From positions 1 through 42,592 of the forward strand of contig JAZDIN010000035.1 of assembly GCA_043804895.1 (NCBI GenBank): a DNA stretch of 42,592 bases, read 5' to 3'. The notes below the pieces were generated by a model that was given only the letters and a program-made list of their open reading frames with translations, did no database searches and had not been told where the DNA came from. Position numbers and translations under genes: made by a program. This document shows, one piece after another, positions 9,910 through 19,957 of this stretch. The stretch is from Candidatus Altiarchaeota archaeon (lineage in GTDB: Archaea; Altiarchaeota; Altiarchaeia; IMC4; SCGC-AAA252-I15). Positions within the stretch are counted from its first letter, which is position 1. Each line of letters begins with the position of its first letter.

Positions 9910-11777
9910 ATCCCCTCCTCCGGTTTAGGCATCTCAAACGGTTCATCAAGCACCTGCTGCCGCCCCCCACTGCTCCTCCTCCTAAGATATAACGCCAGCA
10001 AGACTATAAGTAGAACGCTGAGAAGCAGGTAGTTTTGCATGTTCATCACGCCATCCGCTGCCGGAAGCGTGGTGGAAGTCGACGGCCTGTAAGGTATCGT
10101 CCCCCCAACATCGCCCAGCCTCTTCTCAATCTGAAGTTTCAACAGCTCGCACTTCACGACACCCTCTTGGTTCCCGAATTCCGAATATATGGCCTGCGCC
10201 TTGTTCACGAACGACTGTGAGCTTGTGTAATCCTCGCTGAAAAATAATTCCTGAGCCTTCGAATAATATATGTCAGCCTCCCTCCTCCTCTCTTCCAGCA
10301 TGTTGGTCTCCATCCTGAATATGAACGACTGCGATTCCTGCACGCCCCGCTCGTATCCGAGCCTAAGGTACAGCGCCTTAGCCTCCTTGAAGTACTCTAT
10401 CGCTCCCGTGGTGTCAGATGAGATGAACGCCTCCTGACCGAGGTTGAAGAGCGTGTCAGCCCTCCTCCTCACAGTGTACGTCTCATTGACTATGTATGCC
10501 TTAGCCTTATAGTCCTCAGAAACAGCGATTATTCCCTTCGTCCCATCCTCTAACATATTGCCTGCAGAAACAACCATGAGCGGCGAACCTGTGTTATACC
10601 TCCACTTGAAGTCCCCGCTAGCATCTAAAAGATAGATTGAACCGCTTGAAACAGCCACGAGAATATCCTCCATCCTGTCCCCATCGACGTCCTCGAGTGA
10701 AATGTCATTCGGTTCCCCGTCCAGGGGATAATCCCAGAGGACGAGGCCATTGTTGTCCACGGCATAGACTTTGTTGTTGGCGCATGCCACGAGCGTCTCC
10801 ATCGCGTCGTCGCCGTCCAGGTTAGCCAGGATGGCGTCCCTTACGCTGCACTTCAAATCAAGCGTCCACTTCACGCTCAAATCTAAGGTGGTCGCCGTCC
10901 TTTTCTGCCCTGTGGGGCTGGTGTAGCCTACTCCTTCTGCCTTATCGATCCCGACTGCAACAATTTTGTCCGAGTCCGTCACTGCGATTGTGGTCGGGTA
11001 GTTGCTGTTAACCCCCTTCGCAGCTGATACGAACTTGAAGCCCCTCTTCCGTATGTCGACGTTCGGCTCAACGTCTATCTTACCCATCAGCTTCCCGCTC
11101 GCGTCGATGTAATAAAGCGCGTCCGAGCCTGCGATGACGTCTCCTACTCCGTTCTTGTCGACATCGTATATGTACACCGCGTCAGTCGACACGTTAAGTA
11201 CTCCCTCACCGCGCGGCGGATACATCCATATGTTCTCCCCATAGCTGCGGAAGAGGAAAATCCTCTGCTTGGAGCCTCCCACAATCTCATAATACCTGTC
11301 CTCCTCCATGTCCCCCACATACATGCTGCCCATGACAGCGCTGGAATCGTACTTCCTCAAAGTCCTACCCTCGCTCCCCATGACCCTGACAGTCCCCCGC
11401 TGTATGTTATTCAACTCCTCTCCGCTTGCCACGACCAACTCCAGCCTCCCGTCGTTGTCCACGTCAAAGAGGGCGGCGCTGGATATCCTCTCATCGACTT
11501 CAATCTCCCACAAGACAGAGCCGTTAACGCTAAAAACGCTCACATGGTTCTTCACGTCCCCGACCATGCGAAAAATCCTGGGGCCGGACAGGACGACAAC
11601 GGCCTCCCCGCGCCCGTCAGCGTCTATGTCCTTAACCCATGCACCGACTACTATGACGTTATCGTCCACGGACGGCATCAGAGGTTGAGTCCAAACAGGA
11701 CTTAAGACATCTGTCTGCTGGGCTGAAACCGCCTGTAAAACGGCTAAAATCAAAACCAAAAGCCTGACACTCCTCAT
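9906..11777 (-). CDS. Surface protein with FG-GAP-like beta-propeller, helical repeats and TM anchor
   Basis: Signal peptide; DIDADG/DVDNDG/DVDGD motifs; helical repeats like those of the downstream gene; C-terminal LLLSVLLIVLLALYL-RRR. Confidence 0.8.
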   Translation of the reverse strand: MRSVRLLVLILAVLQAVSAQQTDVLSPVWTQPLMPSVDDNVIVVGAWVKDIDADGRGEAVVVLSGPRIFRMVGDVKNHVSVFSVNGSVLWEIEVDERISSAALFDVDNDGRLELVVASGEELNNIQRGTVRVMGSEGRTLRKYDSSAVMGSMYVGDMEEDRYYEIVGGSKQRIFLFRSYGENIWMYPPRGEGVLNVSTDAVYIYDVDKNGVGDVIAGSDALYYIDASGKLMGKIDVEPNVDIRKRGFKFVSAAKGVNSNYPTTIAVTDSDKIVAVGIDKAEGVGYTSPTGQKRTATTLDLSVKWTLDLKCSVRDAILANLDGDDAMETLVACANNKVYAVDNNGLVLWDYPLDGEPNDISLEDVDGDRMEDILVAVSSGSIYLLDASGDFKWRYNTGSPLMVVSAGNMLEDGTKGIIAVSEDYKAKAYIVNETYTVRRRADTLFNLGQEAFISSDTTGAIEYFKEAKALYLRLGYERGVQESQSFIFRMETNMLEERRREADIYYSKAQELFFSEDYTSSQSFVNKAQAIYSEFGNQEGVVKCELLKLQIEKRLGDVGGTIPYRPSTSTTLPAADGVMNMQNYLLLSVLLIVLLALYLRRRSSGGRQQVLDEPFEMPKPEEGI

Positions 11778-11803
11778 CCTAAAAATATTTAAGATACGCC
11801 ATT

Positions 11804-11917
11804 ATATAGTCGAGAGCATAACCTTTTTGGCTTAGGTTCCATGCTCTCGAATATATCTGAGGGCACAAGGCTTGATATGCCCCCTATGATGTCTGACGAG
11901 TTATGTCCTCAGCTATA
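11804..11917. repeat. 114-bp double-hairpin dispersed element (MITE/REP-like), copy 1
   Basis: About 100 of 114 nt are identical (manual count) to 38211-38324. Stems TCGAGAGCAT/ATGCTCTCGA and CTGAGGGCA/TGTCCTCAG; ends TATAG...CTATA. Confidence 0.85.
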
Positions 11918-11920
11918 TAC

Positions 11921-12874
11921 TCACTTCTGCCTGTAGAACTCGGCTGCAGCCTCCGGCGCCATCGTGTTGATTATCATGTCTGAGCCGAGCTCGAAGCCGG
12001 CCCACGTCGACAGCTTAGGCAGTATCTCAACGTGCATGTGCAGGTCATCGCCTGCTGGGCTCACATGGAAGTACAGGTTATACGGTGGGTCGCTGAGTCC
12101 CCCCTTCAGCTTCGAAAGTATGAGTTTGATGCCTTTCGCCATGCTAAGCCTCTCATCAACATCCAAATCATCAAGGCAGCGCACATGCCTTTTCGGCATC
12201 AACCACGCCTCGAAGGGGCTTCTTGAAGCGTACGGGGTGAAACAAGCGATATACTCATCACCGTAGACAGCCCTCGGCCCCTCATCTTCCTTCCTCCAGG
12301 CGTCGCACAACGGGCACGAACCCTTCTCTTGGAGGAACCTTTCTGCCGCCTCAGCCTCCTCCCTAACAAGTTTAGGCACTACAGGCAGGGAAATAATCTG
12401 CGTATGGGTGTGCGCCAGGGAGGCTCCCGCAGCCCTACCATGGTTCTTGAACACAAGAACATACTCTACCTTATCGTCAGTAAGGAGCGACTTGACGCGC
12501 TCAGTATAAACCTCCAACACCTTAGCTATCCTCTCAACACTCAAGTCACCCACACTCTTATCATGGTCTGGCGTCTCAACTACCACCTCATGGCGGCCGT
12601 AAGCTGGCATAAGATACTCGCTTCCCTCACCGGCCTCAGGCGTAACAGCAGGGAACTTGTTCGGAAACACCCTAACAATCCATTTGCCCGCCTCCTCAAC
12701 CCTACTTATCTCAGGAGGCGTACTACTCTCATTCCCAGGGCAGAAGAAACACTGCTTACCCCCCTCAACCTCAACAGAACCTATGTGAAGGAAGTCATTA
12801 GGCCTCTTACCACGGCCCACAGCAATAATCACATACCTGTCCAAGAAATAGTCCCTACGCAACTCATTCAGCAT
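11921..12874 (-). CDS. galT: GalT-family hexose-1-phosphate nucleotidyltransferase
   Basis: NELRRD...R.KRP, CFFCPGNE, VFPNKFPA, HEVVVETPDH, FKNHG.AAGASLAHTHTQ (HxHxQ catalytic motif) and AGFELGS. ATG at 12874. Confidence 0.88.
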   Translation of the reverse strand: MLNELRRDYFLDRYVIIAVGRGKRPNDFLHIGSVEVEGGKQCFFCPGNESSTPPEISRVEEAGKWIVRVFPNKFPAVTPEAGEGSEYLMPAYGRHEVVVETPDHDKSVGDLSVERIAKVLEVYTERVKSLLTDDKVEYVLVFKNHGRAAGASLAHTHTQIISLPVVPKLVREEAEAAERFLQEKGSCPLCDAWRKEDEGPRAVYGDEYIACFTPYASRSPFEAWLMPKRHVRCLDDLDVDERLSMAKGIKLILSKLKGGLSDPPYNLYFHVSPAGDDLHMHVEILPKLSTWAGFELGSDMIINTMAPEAAAEFYRQK

Positions 12875-12935
12875 GAAAAACATTAGGCGTAAGCATATTA
12901 AACCGGATTTAAGCAAAGAAAACGCGATATATTAC

Positions 12936-13934
12936 ATGGCAGACCAAACAGTCTCGGATGAAAAGCTAGTTAATATGCCTCCCAAGAGGGTTTACGAGAA
13001 ACTCTCCCCTGAGGAGTTGAAAAACCTTCTCACGACCGATTTAGGGCCTGCGATTAATAAACTTGAATTAAAGGATATCCCAAGATTTGAAAGAAAAGTA
13101 GAAAAAGGTGAGAAAGTTACACAAGAAGATATTGCAAAGATAGAAACTAGCATATTAGATACTCCAAATACTCCAGTTTCGAGACAACGTTCGAATCTAC
13201 TCTTCCAAGGGGGTATTGGTCAAGATATCATCCACTCAAACATTGCCATTGACCATGTTGACGAAAACATAAAAGAACCCAATATCGGAGAATTGGATGC
13301 TTCATTAAAAGATGCTACTCACTTGAATCCCGGCGGTAAGGTGACTCCTCTTCAAGAAGAAGAGATGGTTCATGCTGCTGGTGGGGCTAACCCTAAAGAT
13401 TTTGTAGAATCTGATAAGCTACCTCAACATGTCAAGGAAAATCTCATCTCAGAAATATCTAATAAAATAGATGACTTTAAATCAAGCATCGGTACAGGCA
13501 ACATCAATTACGCGGAGACGGATGCTACTGATGCAATAAAAGAACGGAATTTAACTATTGGGGCATTTGCTGGCGTGAATGCGAGGTTGGACGGCCTCAA
13601 CATCAATGACCCGGGTAGGCGGGTGGCCGCTCTTAACGACATCAGCTCGATAGGCCTCAAGTTCGGCGTCCAACCTGATGAGATGATTGACGCTGCAGTG
13701 GATGCCGCCCGAGAGCTTTCAAAAAAATTAGGCCGGGAAGTGAAGGCTGATGAGGTATTGGAGAAGTCGGCCAAGGCGATTGAGGATACTGAACGGGCTA
13801 AGCAGGATGGTTCTTTCGAGACCCTGAAGCAGTTCCTCCTCAGTCTAAAACAGAAAACGCCGAATAACGTCGACCTTGCGAAGTGGGTTGAGGGCATGTT
13901 CTCTGACAGACAGGAACCGGCCAAGGTTGTTTGA
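12936..13934 (+). CDS. Hypothetical charged, helical protein
   Basis: Long ORF divergent from galT with no recognisable motif. Start is 12936 or 12975. Confidence 0.65.
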   Translation: MADQTVSDEKLVNMPPKRVYEKLSPEELKNLLTTDLGPAINKLELKDIPRFERKVEKGEKVTQEDIAKIETSILDTPNTPVSRQRSNLLFQGGIGQDIIHSNIAIDHVDENIKEPNIGELDASLKDATHLNPGGKVTPLQEEEMVHAAGGANPKDFVESDKLPQHVKENLISEISNKIDDFKSSIGTGNINYAETDATDAIKERNLTIGAFAGVNARLDGLNINDPGRRVAALNDISSIGLKFGVQPDEMIDAAVDAARELSKKLGREVKADEVLEKSAKAIEDTERAKQDGSFETLKQFLLSLKQKTPNNVDLAKWVEGMFSDRQEPAKVV

Positions 13935-14035
13935 TATCAATATCCAGTAGCTGAAACCACTGGTTTGTTAAGCCTGAAACCGCAATAGTAAATACATGGT
14001 TTATCGCCGCTAAAGTGAGGGCGGTTTCATCGCTT

Positions 14036-14929
14036 ATGGATTTTGGGCATTCTGTGAGGGTTATGGGTGTCGGCGGTTCAGGTTGTGCTGCGGTTGAGCG
14101 GATGGCTGGCTGCGGCGGGTGTGACCTAATAGTTGTTCATACCGATGCTTCTTCGCTTTTGGAAAGGAAGGTTGCGACCAAGATTCTCATAGGTCGTAAT
14201 GTCACGAGGGGTCGGAGTACTGGGAATAACATTAAGTTGGGTGAGGAGGCTGCGTTATCTGACTTGGATATGGTTAAGGCTGTTTTGGATGGTGCGAAGG
14301 TCACGTTCGTTATAGCTGGCCTTGGCGGTGGCACTGGTGCCGGGGCTTCGCCTATTGTCGCCGAGGCTGCGAAAAGCAAAGGCAGTACTGTTATAGCGTT
14401 CGTGAACATACCGTTCACTGCTGAGGGTAAGGTGTGCAGGACTAATGCGATTACCGGCCTAGAGCACCTGAAGCCTTATTGTGACCTGATTGTGGTGATA
14501 GAGAACGACAGGTTCCTGAAGACTGTGCCGAACCTTTCAATAAGGGATGCGTTCACGAAAGTCAACAACATGCTCTTGGAGGCGGTCCGTGGAATGGTCA
14601 AGTTGATAGTCGACTCAGGGGTTGAGAACCTCAAACCGATGCTCACAGGTTATGCAACGTTGGGTTACGGTGCCAGTTACACGTTAGTCAAGGCGGTGGA
14701 GGCAGCCCTCGACTCCCCCTTAATCGGCGCTGACCTGAAGGAGGCCGCGGGGGTCATGTTGAATTTCACAACCCATTCTGCGCAGGTTGATGGGTTGCAG
14801 GAGTCTTTGGATATCATCCCTGCGAAAACGAACAACACTGCTGGGATAATCTGGACGAACACAGTGGATGACACGGCTGAGGGAGTTGAGGTCATCGCCT
14901 TATTCTCGGGAGTTAAACCAGCTTTTTAG
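14036..14929 (+). CDS. ftsZ: Divergent FtsZ/tubulin-family GTPase paralog
   Basis: GVGGSG, AGLGGGTGAGASP (tubulin signature), PFTAEG and IENDR. The canonical T7 loop and C-terminal tail are missing. Confidence 0.85.
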   Translation: MDFGHSVRVMGVGGSGCAAVERMAGCGGCDLIVVHTDASSLLERKVATKILIGRNVTRGRSTGNNIKLGEEAALSDLDMVKAVLDGAKVTFVIAGLGGGTGAGASPIVAEAAKSKGSTVIAFVNIPFTAEGKVCRTNAITGLEHLKPYCDLIVVIENDRFLKTVPNLSIRDAFTKVNNMLLEAVRGMVKLIVDSGVENLKPMLTGYATLGYGASYTLVKAVEAALDSPLIGADLKEAAGVMLNFTTHSAQVDGLQESLDIIPAKTNNTAGIIWTNTVDDTAEGVEVIALFSGVKPAF

Positions 14930-14951
14930 GTTCGTATTCACAATACTCTGC

Positions 14952-16832
14952 ATGGGGGTCCTAGAGGATTTCAATTTCCGCGGGTGCATGATACTCCAAC
15001 CCCGTCAACTGGGTTTGGATTCCGCCCGTCGGATTGAATGGCTGATCCCCAACGGAATCGGCGGATACTCCTCCTCCACAATCCTCGGCCTAAACACCAG
15101 AAAATATCACGGCCTACTCGTCGCCTCACGCGGCCTACTCGACAGGAGGGTCGTTGTCGAGTCGCTGGTGGAGGAATTACTGTTCGGCGACATTGTCTTC
15201 AACCTATCAGTCGACGAGTACGCTGGCGGGATGGACTCCCGCGGCCTGCCTTACATTAAGCGGGTTGTGAAGGCGGTTGAACACGTTAAGTTCGAGTATG
15301 ACGTTAACGGGACGAACGTGGTAAAGATAATACACGCAACCCGCGGCGTAAACGGTCTCATAATATCCTATGGTGTTAGGAACAACTTCGGCGGCAGCGT
15401 CAGGCTTAGGGTGAAGCCGCTCGTCAACTGCAGGAGCGTCCATGAACTCAACCCTCAGGGTCGTGATTTCAAATCATCCCTACAGGATAGGGCGTTGGTT
15501 GTAGAATGCGGCCAAGAGCACACGATATTCGCAAGCAGGGAGATGGTCGCTGAATCCGCAGGCGCCTGGTGTAAGGACATGCACTATTGGATGGAGGCTG
15601 AACGAGGAGAAGCCTCCAATGAGGATGTGTTCAATCCTGGGTCGCTTACCCTAACGGTCCCACCATACGGTCTTGCCGAGGCTGAGGTTCGGGTAGCATG
15701 GGGTATGGGCAAAGATGATGCCTTAAGGGCGTATAAGGCGCTAGTTGAGAGGCCTTACCAGACGTTTGAAGCAGACCCGGCATCGATTCTTGACGCAGCG
15801 GCAAGCTCCTTCATTATTGATGCAGGAGGCAAAAAGACCATCGTAGCAGGCTACCACTGGTTCTCAGACTGGGGTAGGGATGCGATGATAAGCCTCCCAG
15901 GGCTTTGCCTGGTCAGCGGGAGGTTGAATGAGGCCGAGGCTGTTCTTTCAAGGTTCATCGATTACATGCGCGATGGGAGGATCCCCACTCAAATCACAGT
16001 CGACGGGCCAATCTACTACGATTTTGACGGCACATTGTGGATGCTTGACAGTCTGAATGAATACTGCAAGTACGCCGGGCAGGAGAGGGCTCTGGGCTTC
16101 ATCAGACAAAGGTGGGGTAGCATAAAATCAGTCATAGAATGGTACTCGAAATTAGTGGAGGGAGGTCTTCTGAGGCACAGGTCTGGCACGTGGATGGACA
16201 CTATCGAAAGGGATGATGCGGTTGAGGTGCAGGCGTTGTGGTATAATGGTCTCAACGTCGTGGAGGAGCTTTCGAACCTCATAGGCGAACCTGTGGATTA
16301 CTCTCTCATGAAATCAGATTTCGAATCAAGCTTCATGGAAAAGTACTGGAACGGCAGCTACTTGAACGACTGCCTCAACGACGACTCGCTCAGGCCTAAT
16401 CAGGTGATAGCAGCCGGGTTGGAGTACTCCCCAGTCCCGAAGAACGAGGCTGCTCAGCTAATCAAGGCAGTCAACGAGGAGCTTCTGACCCCTTGCGGCC
16501 TGAGGACGCTCGGCAGGAAGGACCCGCAATATCGCCCACAGTATGTGGGAGGATTCGAAGATAGGGCTCACGCATACCAAAACGGAACCGTGTGGCCTTG
16601 GCTTTTCGGCCCATATGCCGATACTGTGGTTAGGTTGGGTGGGGCCAGGGGCAGCAGGCATGCAATCAAAGTCATCACCCCCCTCCTAAACAGGGTGTGC
16701 GACAACTGTCTCGGGACATTGAATGAAATCTACGACGCAGAGGAGCCTCACACGCCGCGCGGCGCAGTCAGCCAGGCGTGGAGCGTTGCCGAGATTTTGA
16801 GAGTACTGCAGGAGAATAAGCTGGCAAAGTGA
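14952..16832 (+). CDS. Amylo-alpha-1,6-glucosidase (glycogen debranching enzyme, archaeal type)
   Basis: EWLIPNGIGGYSSST..GLNTRKYHGLL, AGYHWFSDWGRDAMISLPG, TWMD, VEVQALWYN, AYQNGTVWPWL and QAWSVAE. Confidence 0.93.
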   Translation: MGVLEDFNFRGCMILQPRQLGLDSARRIEWLIPNGIGGYSSSTILGLNTRKYHGLLVASRGLLDRRVVVESLVEELLFGDIVFNLSVDEYAGGMDSRGLPYIKRVVKAVEHVKFEYDVNGTNVVKIIHATRGVNGLIISYGVRNNFGGSVRLRVKPLVNCRSVHELNPQGRDFKSSLQDRALVVECGQEHTIFASREMVAESAGAWCKDMHYWMEAERGEASNEDVFNPGSLTLTVPPYGLAEAEVRVAWGMGKDDALRAYKALVERPYQTFEADPASILDAAASSFIIDAGGKKTIVAGYHWFSDWGRDAMISLPGLCLVSGRLNEAEAVLSRFIDYMRDGRIPTQITVDGPIYYDFDGTLWMLDSLNEYCKYAGQERALGFIRQRWGSIKSVIEWYSKLVEGGLLRHRSGTWMDTIERDDAVEVQALWYNGLNVVEELSNLIGEPVDYSLMKSDFESSFMEKYWNGSYLNDCLNDDSLRPNQVIAAGLEYSPVPKNEAAQLIKAVNEELLTPCGLRTLGRKDPQYRPQYVGGFEDRAHAYQNGTVWPWLFGPYADTVVRLGGARGSRHAIKVITPLLNRVCDNCLGTLNEIYDAEEPHTPRGAVSQAWSVAEILRVLQENKLAK

Positions 16833-16838
16833 TTCTGA

Positions 16839-18638
16839 TCAATATCTCATGTTTTTCGATGCTATTGTGTAAGCCTTGAAGTAGTTCTTGACGAGTATAT
16901 GCCAGTCAGCGAGGCCTGCGAGCTCCTTCGCATTCATCCTCCTCCTGGTCAGCTCCTTCTTTTCCATATTCACTATCTCATAGAGTCTCGTGTAGAGTTC
17001 GTCAACGATTTTCCCGTACTCGACGTTGTCCATGCTCAAGACCTGTATGCCGTCCCCCTTCCCGCTTATGAACTGTCCGAAACCGGCCAGGTCCGATGTC
17101 ACAGCCAGCGTGCCCTGTGCTGCGGTCTCAAGTGGCGTGTAGCCCCAAGGTTCGTAGAATGACGGGAACACTCCCACGTCACATGTCAGGGTGGCTGCGT
17201 TATACTCCATCGCAATCAGCCTGTCTGCAGAGGAAAGGTATGCAGGATAGAATATCACCTTCACCTTGTCCTCTTCCCTATTAAGCAGTTCGTTCCGCCT
17301 GAAAGCCTGTATAATACTGTCCTGGTCCTGTGGGTAGCTCAGCTCGAACGCGCAAAGCGGCGCGGTTTGGCCTTTCTTCTCAGTGAAGTGTATCGAAAGC
17401 GTCTTCACATCCTGCTTGAACTCCTCAGACAGTATCCTCCCGTCCGGAGTTTCCCCCCTAATTATCGTCTCAATCAGTTTATCCCTTATCTCCGGCATCC
17501 AGTCCTCAACCTGGTCGTGTATGTCCTCATACAATGCCTTGTTCTTCAAAACCTGAATGTCTTCCCCGTGCGTGCCGCTCGGGACGAATATGAACGCTAC
17601 GACGTTCTTCTTCGCCTTATCTACCTTCAACTTCCTGTTCAGCTTCCCCAGGGCGTCTATGTAAACGTCTAACCCCTTATTGTGGAACTCGTAGCGGCCA
17701 GAGAGGAACATGCTCCTGATGTTGTAGAAGTCCACGTTATAGTACCTGCAGAAATACGCGAGGAGGAACTCTCTCATCTGGTCCCTGTACTTCTTCCTCA
17801 GGATGGACAGGTCCTCAGCCTCCTTGTACTTGCTCATGTCAAGGCCGTTGAACAACAGGACGTCCGGCTTCTTCCCGTACATGTATTCTGCCTCCCTGCC
17901 GGTTATCTCACTCACTGTTGTGAAGGCGTTAGCATTATTCGCGCAAGCCACTTCCATGCTATGCTTGTCCTCGCAGTTGTATCTCCTCGCGAGGTCGATA
18001 CTGGCCTTCTCCTTCCGCTTGATGCCTTCGTTCACCATCCTGTAGAGGTCGCCTCCACCTCCGCTGATGCTCCTGCCGAGCATCGTTGCATGGGTCGTGA
18101 AGACGGTCGCTATCGGTAGCTTGTTGTTGTGGATGTGGAGGAGGCCGAATCCTGACAGCCACTCGTGGAAGTGTCCCACAATCTTCTTGCCCTTGTATGG
18201 TTCCTCCTTCGAGAGCTCCTCAAGTAGTCTGCCGGTGGCTGTCGACCAGATGAGCGGGTCGTTAAACCACGCATCAGACTTTATTGAATCAATCTTATAC
18301 TTCTCCCACAGTTGCTTCTTCATGTCGTTTATGCTTGCCTTATAACCCTTAGCATCGACGAGTATCGTGTTCGGCCTCCCTGGAATCAGCCATGTGCCGA
18401 AGTAGCACTTTATGCCTTCAGACTCAAGCCTTTTGAAGGCTTTCGCCATGCCTGCTGAAGGAGCGGTCTCATCGAACTCTATCCTGGCCTTATCTTGGTC
18501 GAAGTAGCCGATTGCATGGTATCCGTCGCCGTATTGTTCGACCATCCGGGCCGCCTTCGACCTGATGACCGTGTATATCCCCCCAACCTTGTTGCACACC
18601 TCAAAGGATGTCTCGAAAACGTAGTCCACTTCTTTCAT
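16839..18638 (-). CDS. Glycogen synthase, GT3 family
   Basis: FETSFEVCNKVGGIYTV, HFHEWLSG, FTTHATMLGR, SGRYEFHNKG and GVFPSFYEPWGYTPLE. Confidence 0.93.
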   Translation of the reverse strand: MKEVDYVFETSFEVCNKVGGIYTVIRSKAARMVEQYGDGYHAIGYFDQDKARIEFDETAPSAGMAKAFKRLESEGIKCYFGTWLIPGRPNTILVDAKGYKASINDMKKQLWEKYKIDSIKSDAWFNDPLIWSTATGRLLEELSKEEPYKGKKIVGHFHEWLSGFGLLHIHNNKLPIATVFTTHATMLGRSISGGGGDLYRMVNEGIKRKEKASIDLARRYNCEDKHSMEVACANNANAFTTVSEITGREAEYMYGKKPDVLLFNGLDMSKYKEAEDLSILRKKYRDQMREFLLAYFCRYYNVDFYNIRSMFLSGRYEFHNKGLDVYIDALGKLNRKLKVDKAKKNVVAFIFVPSGTHGEDIQVLKNKALYEDIHDQVEDWMPEIRDKLIETIIRGETPDGRILSEEFKQDVKTLSIHFTEKKGQTAPLCAFELSYPQDQDSIIQAFRRNELLNREEDKVKVIFYPAYLSSADRLIAMEYNAATLTCDVGVFPSFYEPWGYTPLETAAQGTLAVTSDLAGFGQFISGKGDGIQVLSMDNVEYGKIVDELYTRLYEIVNMEKKELTRRRMNAKELAGLADWHILVKNYFKAYTIASKNMRY

Positions 18639-18695
18639 ACAGGTAATAAATTACCACAACACTTATAAAGAGCCCTGTTTCATTATATACCCGCT

Positions 18696-19232
18696 ATGGA
18701 CGACCCAAGTAGGCGCAGGAGGAGGTTCTTTGAAGGAATGTTCGACGACGACTTGTTCGACATGTTCGACGAGGAGGTACGGAGGATGGAGGAGCATATG
18801 AGCTTCCTGTTCGACGAGATGAGCCGGCGCCCTGAAGGCGGGGGCATGAGGAAATACGTCTACGGCTTCACGATGCGCCCAGGACCTGACGGCAGTCCAG
18901 TTCTCGAAGAGTTCGGAAACGTCCCGAGATCAGCGGGAGAGCAAATCCCAGGAGAACGTGAGCCGCTAGTGGACGTAATAGATGGGAAAGAAGAGGTCTC
19001 GGTAATAGCAGAGCTTCCGGGAGTGGACAAGAAGGACATCGACCTGGAGGCCGACCAGCGCACGCTCTCGATATCAGTAGACACACCTAACCGGAAATAC
19101 CACAAGGAGCTGAGGATACCCTCCGAAGTCGACCCTGAGTCTATAAAAGCCGCCTACAAGAACGGAGTACTCGAAGTGAAGCTGAAAAAGACTAATGGAA
19201 AATCTGGCGGGAAGAGGATACAGGTCGACTAG
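18696..19232 (+). CDS. hsp20: Archaeal small heat shock protein
   Basis: YVYGF...GPDG.P..EEFGNV, EPLVDVID, AELPGVDK.DI and YKNGVLEV. TTATAAA lies about 27 nt upstream. Confidence 0.93.
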   Translation: MDDPSRRRRRFFEGMFDDDLFDMFDEEVRRMEEHMSFLFDEMSRRPEGGGMRKYVYGFTMRPGPDGSPVLEEFGNVPRSAGEQIPGEREPLVDVIDGKEEVSVIAELPGVDKKDIDLEADQRTLSISVDTPNRKYHKELRIPSEVDPESIKAAYKNGVLEVKLKKTNGKSGGKRIQVD

Positions 19233-19957
19233 ACCACCTTCCTAGCCACAGTGATAAACCCAGTATGACCTAACATCCTAGTATCTGGGCTCATCTTATC
19301 AGCCTTCCAGTCTCTTAGCATGCACTCGAATGTCTCGTGCATGTACCCTCCCTCCAACACATCCACTAGTTGGCGGCTCTGGTTTATGCTCGGACTGTAC
19401 GACACCAATATTCCACCGACTTTCAGCGCGTCCTTGACATGCGGAACTGCAAGCCATGGCTCAGCAAGGTCGAGGAACACGGCGTCAAGGCCCCTCTCAT
19501 CCACTCCTGCGTAGATGTCCCGAACCTCAAGCTTCACATTCTTCACCCCGAACCGTTCGAAGTTCTTTCGCGCGATATCTGCGAAATCCTCCCTGACCTC
19601 GTACGTCACAACCGTCTCAGGCGCAACGACATAGGCGAGATACAAGGTGAAAAGTCCTGAACCGGTCCCGGCCTCCAACACCCTGCTGCCGGAACGTATC
19701 CCAGCATACCCTACCTCGATGCTCATGTCCTTCAAGGTCATCGCCTGCGGACCCCGTTTCGCCTTCGCTATATAATCGAGTATGTTCGGCTCCAAGACCC
19801 TGAACTTCTGGCTTGTGTTGCTCTCCACCATACCACCAGGCTGTGTTGAGGCGATATCAGATGCGGAAACCTTACCCCAGTTGCTGTGCAAGTCCTCCCC
19901 GTCCTTGACAAGGTACCTCCTCCTTTTCCTATCGATTAGAATTTTCATGTCAATCAC
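19229..19957 (-). CDS. trmI: tRNA (adenine-N1)-methyltransferase
   Basis: KRGPQ, VLEAGTGSG, YEVREDF, DAVFLDLAEPW and GHTGF. Confidence 0.92.
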   Translation of the reverse strand: MIDMKILIDRKRRRYLVKDGEDLHSNWGKVSASDIASTQPGGMVESNTSQKFRVLEPNILDYIAKAKRGPQAMTLKDMSIEVGYAGIRSGSRVLEAGTGSGLFTLYLAYVVAPETVVTYEVREDFADIARKNFERFGVKNVKLEVRDIYAGVDERGLDAVFLDLAEPWLAVPHVKDALKVGGILVSYSPSINQSRQLVDVLEGGYMHETFECMLRDWKADKMSPDTRMLGHTGFITVARKVV

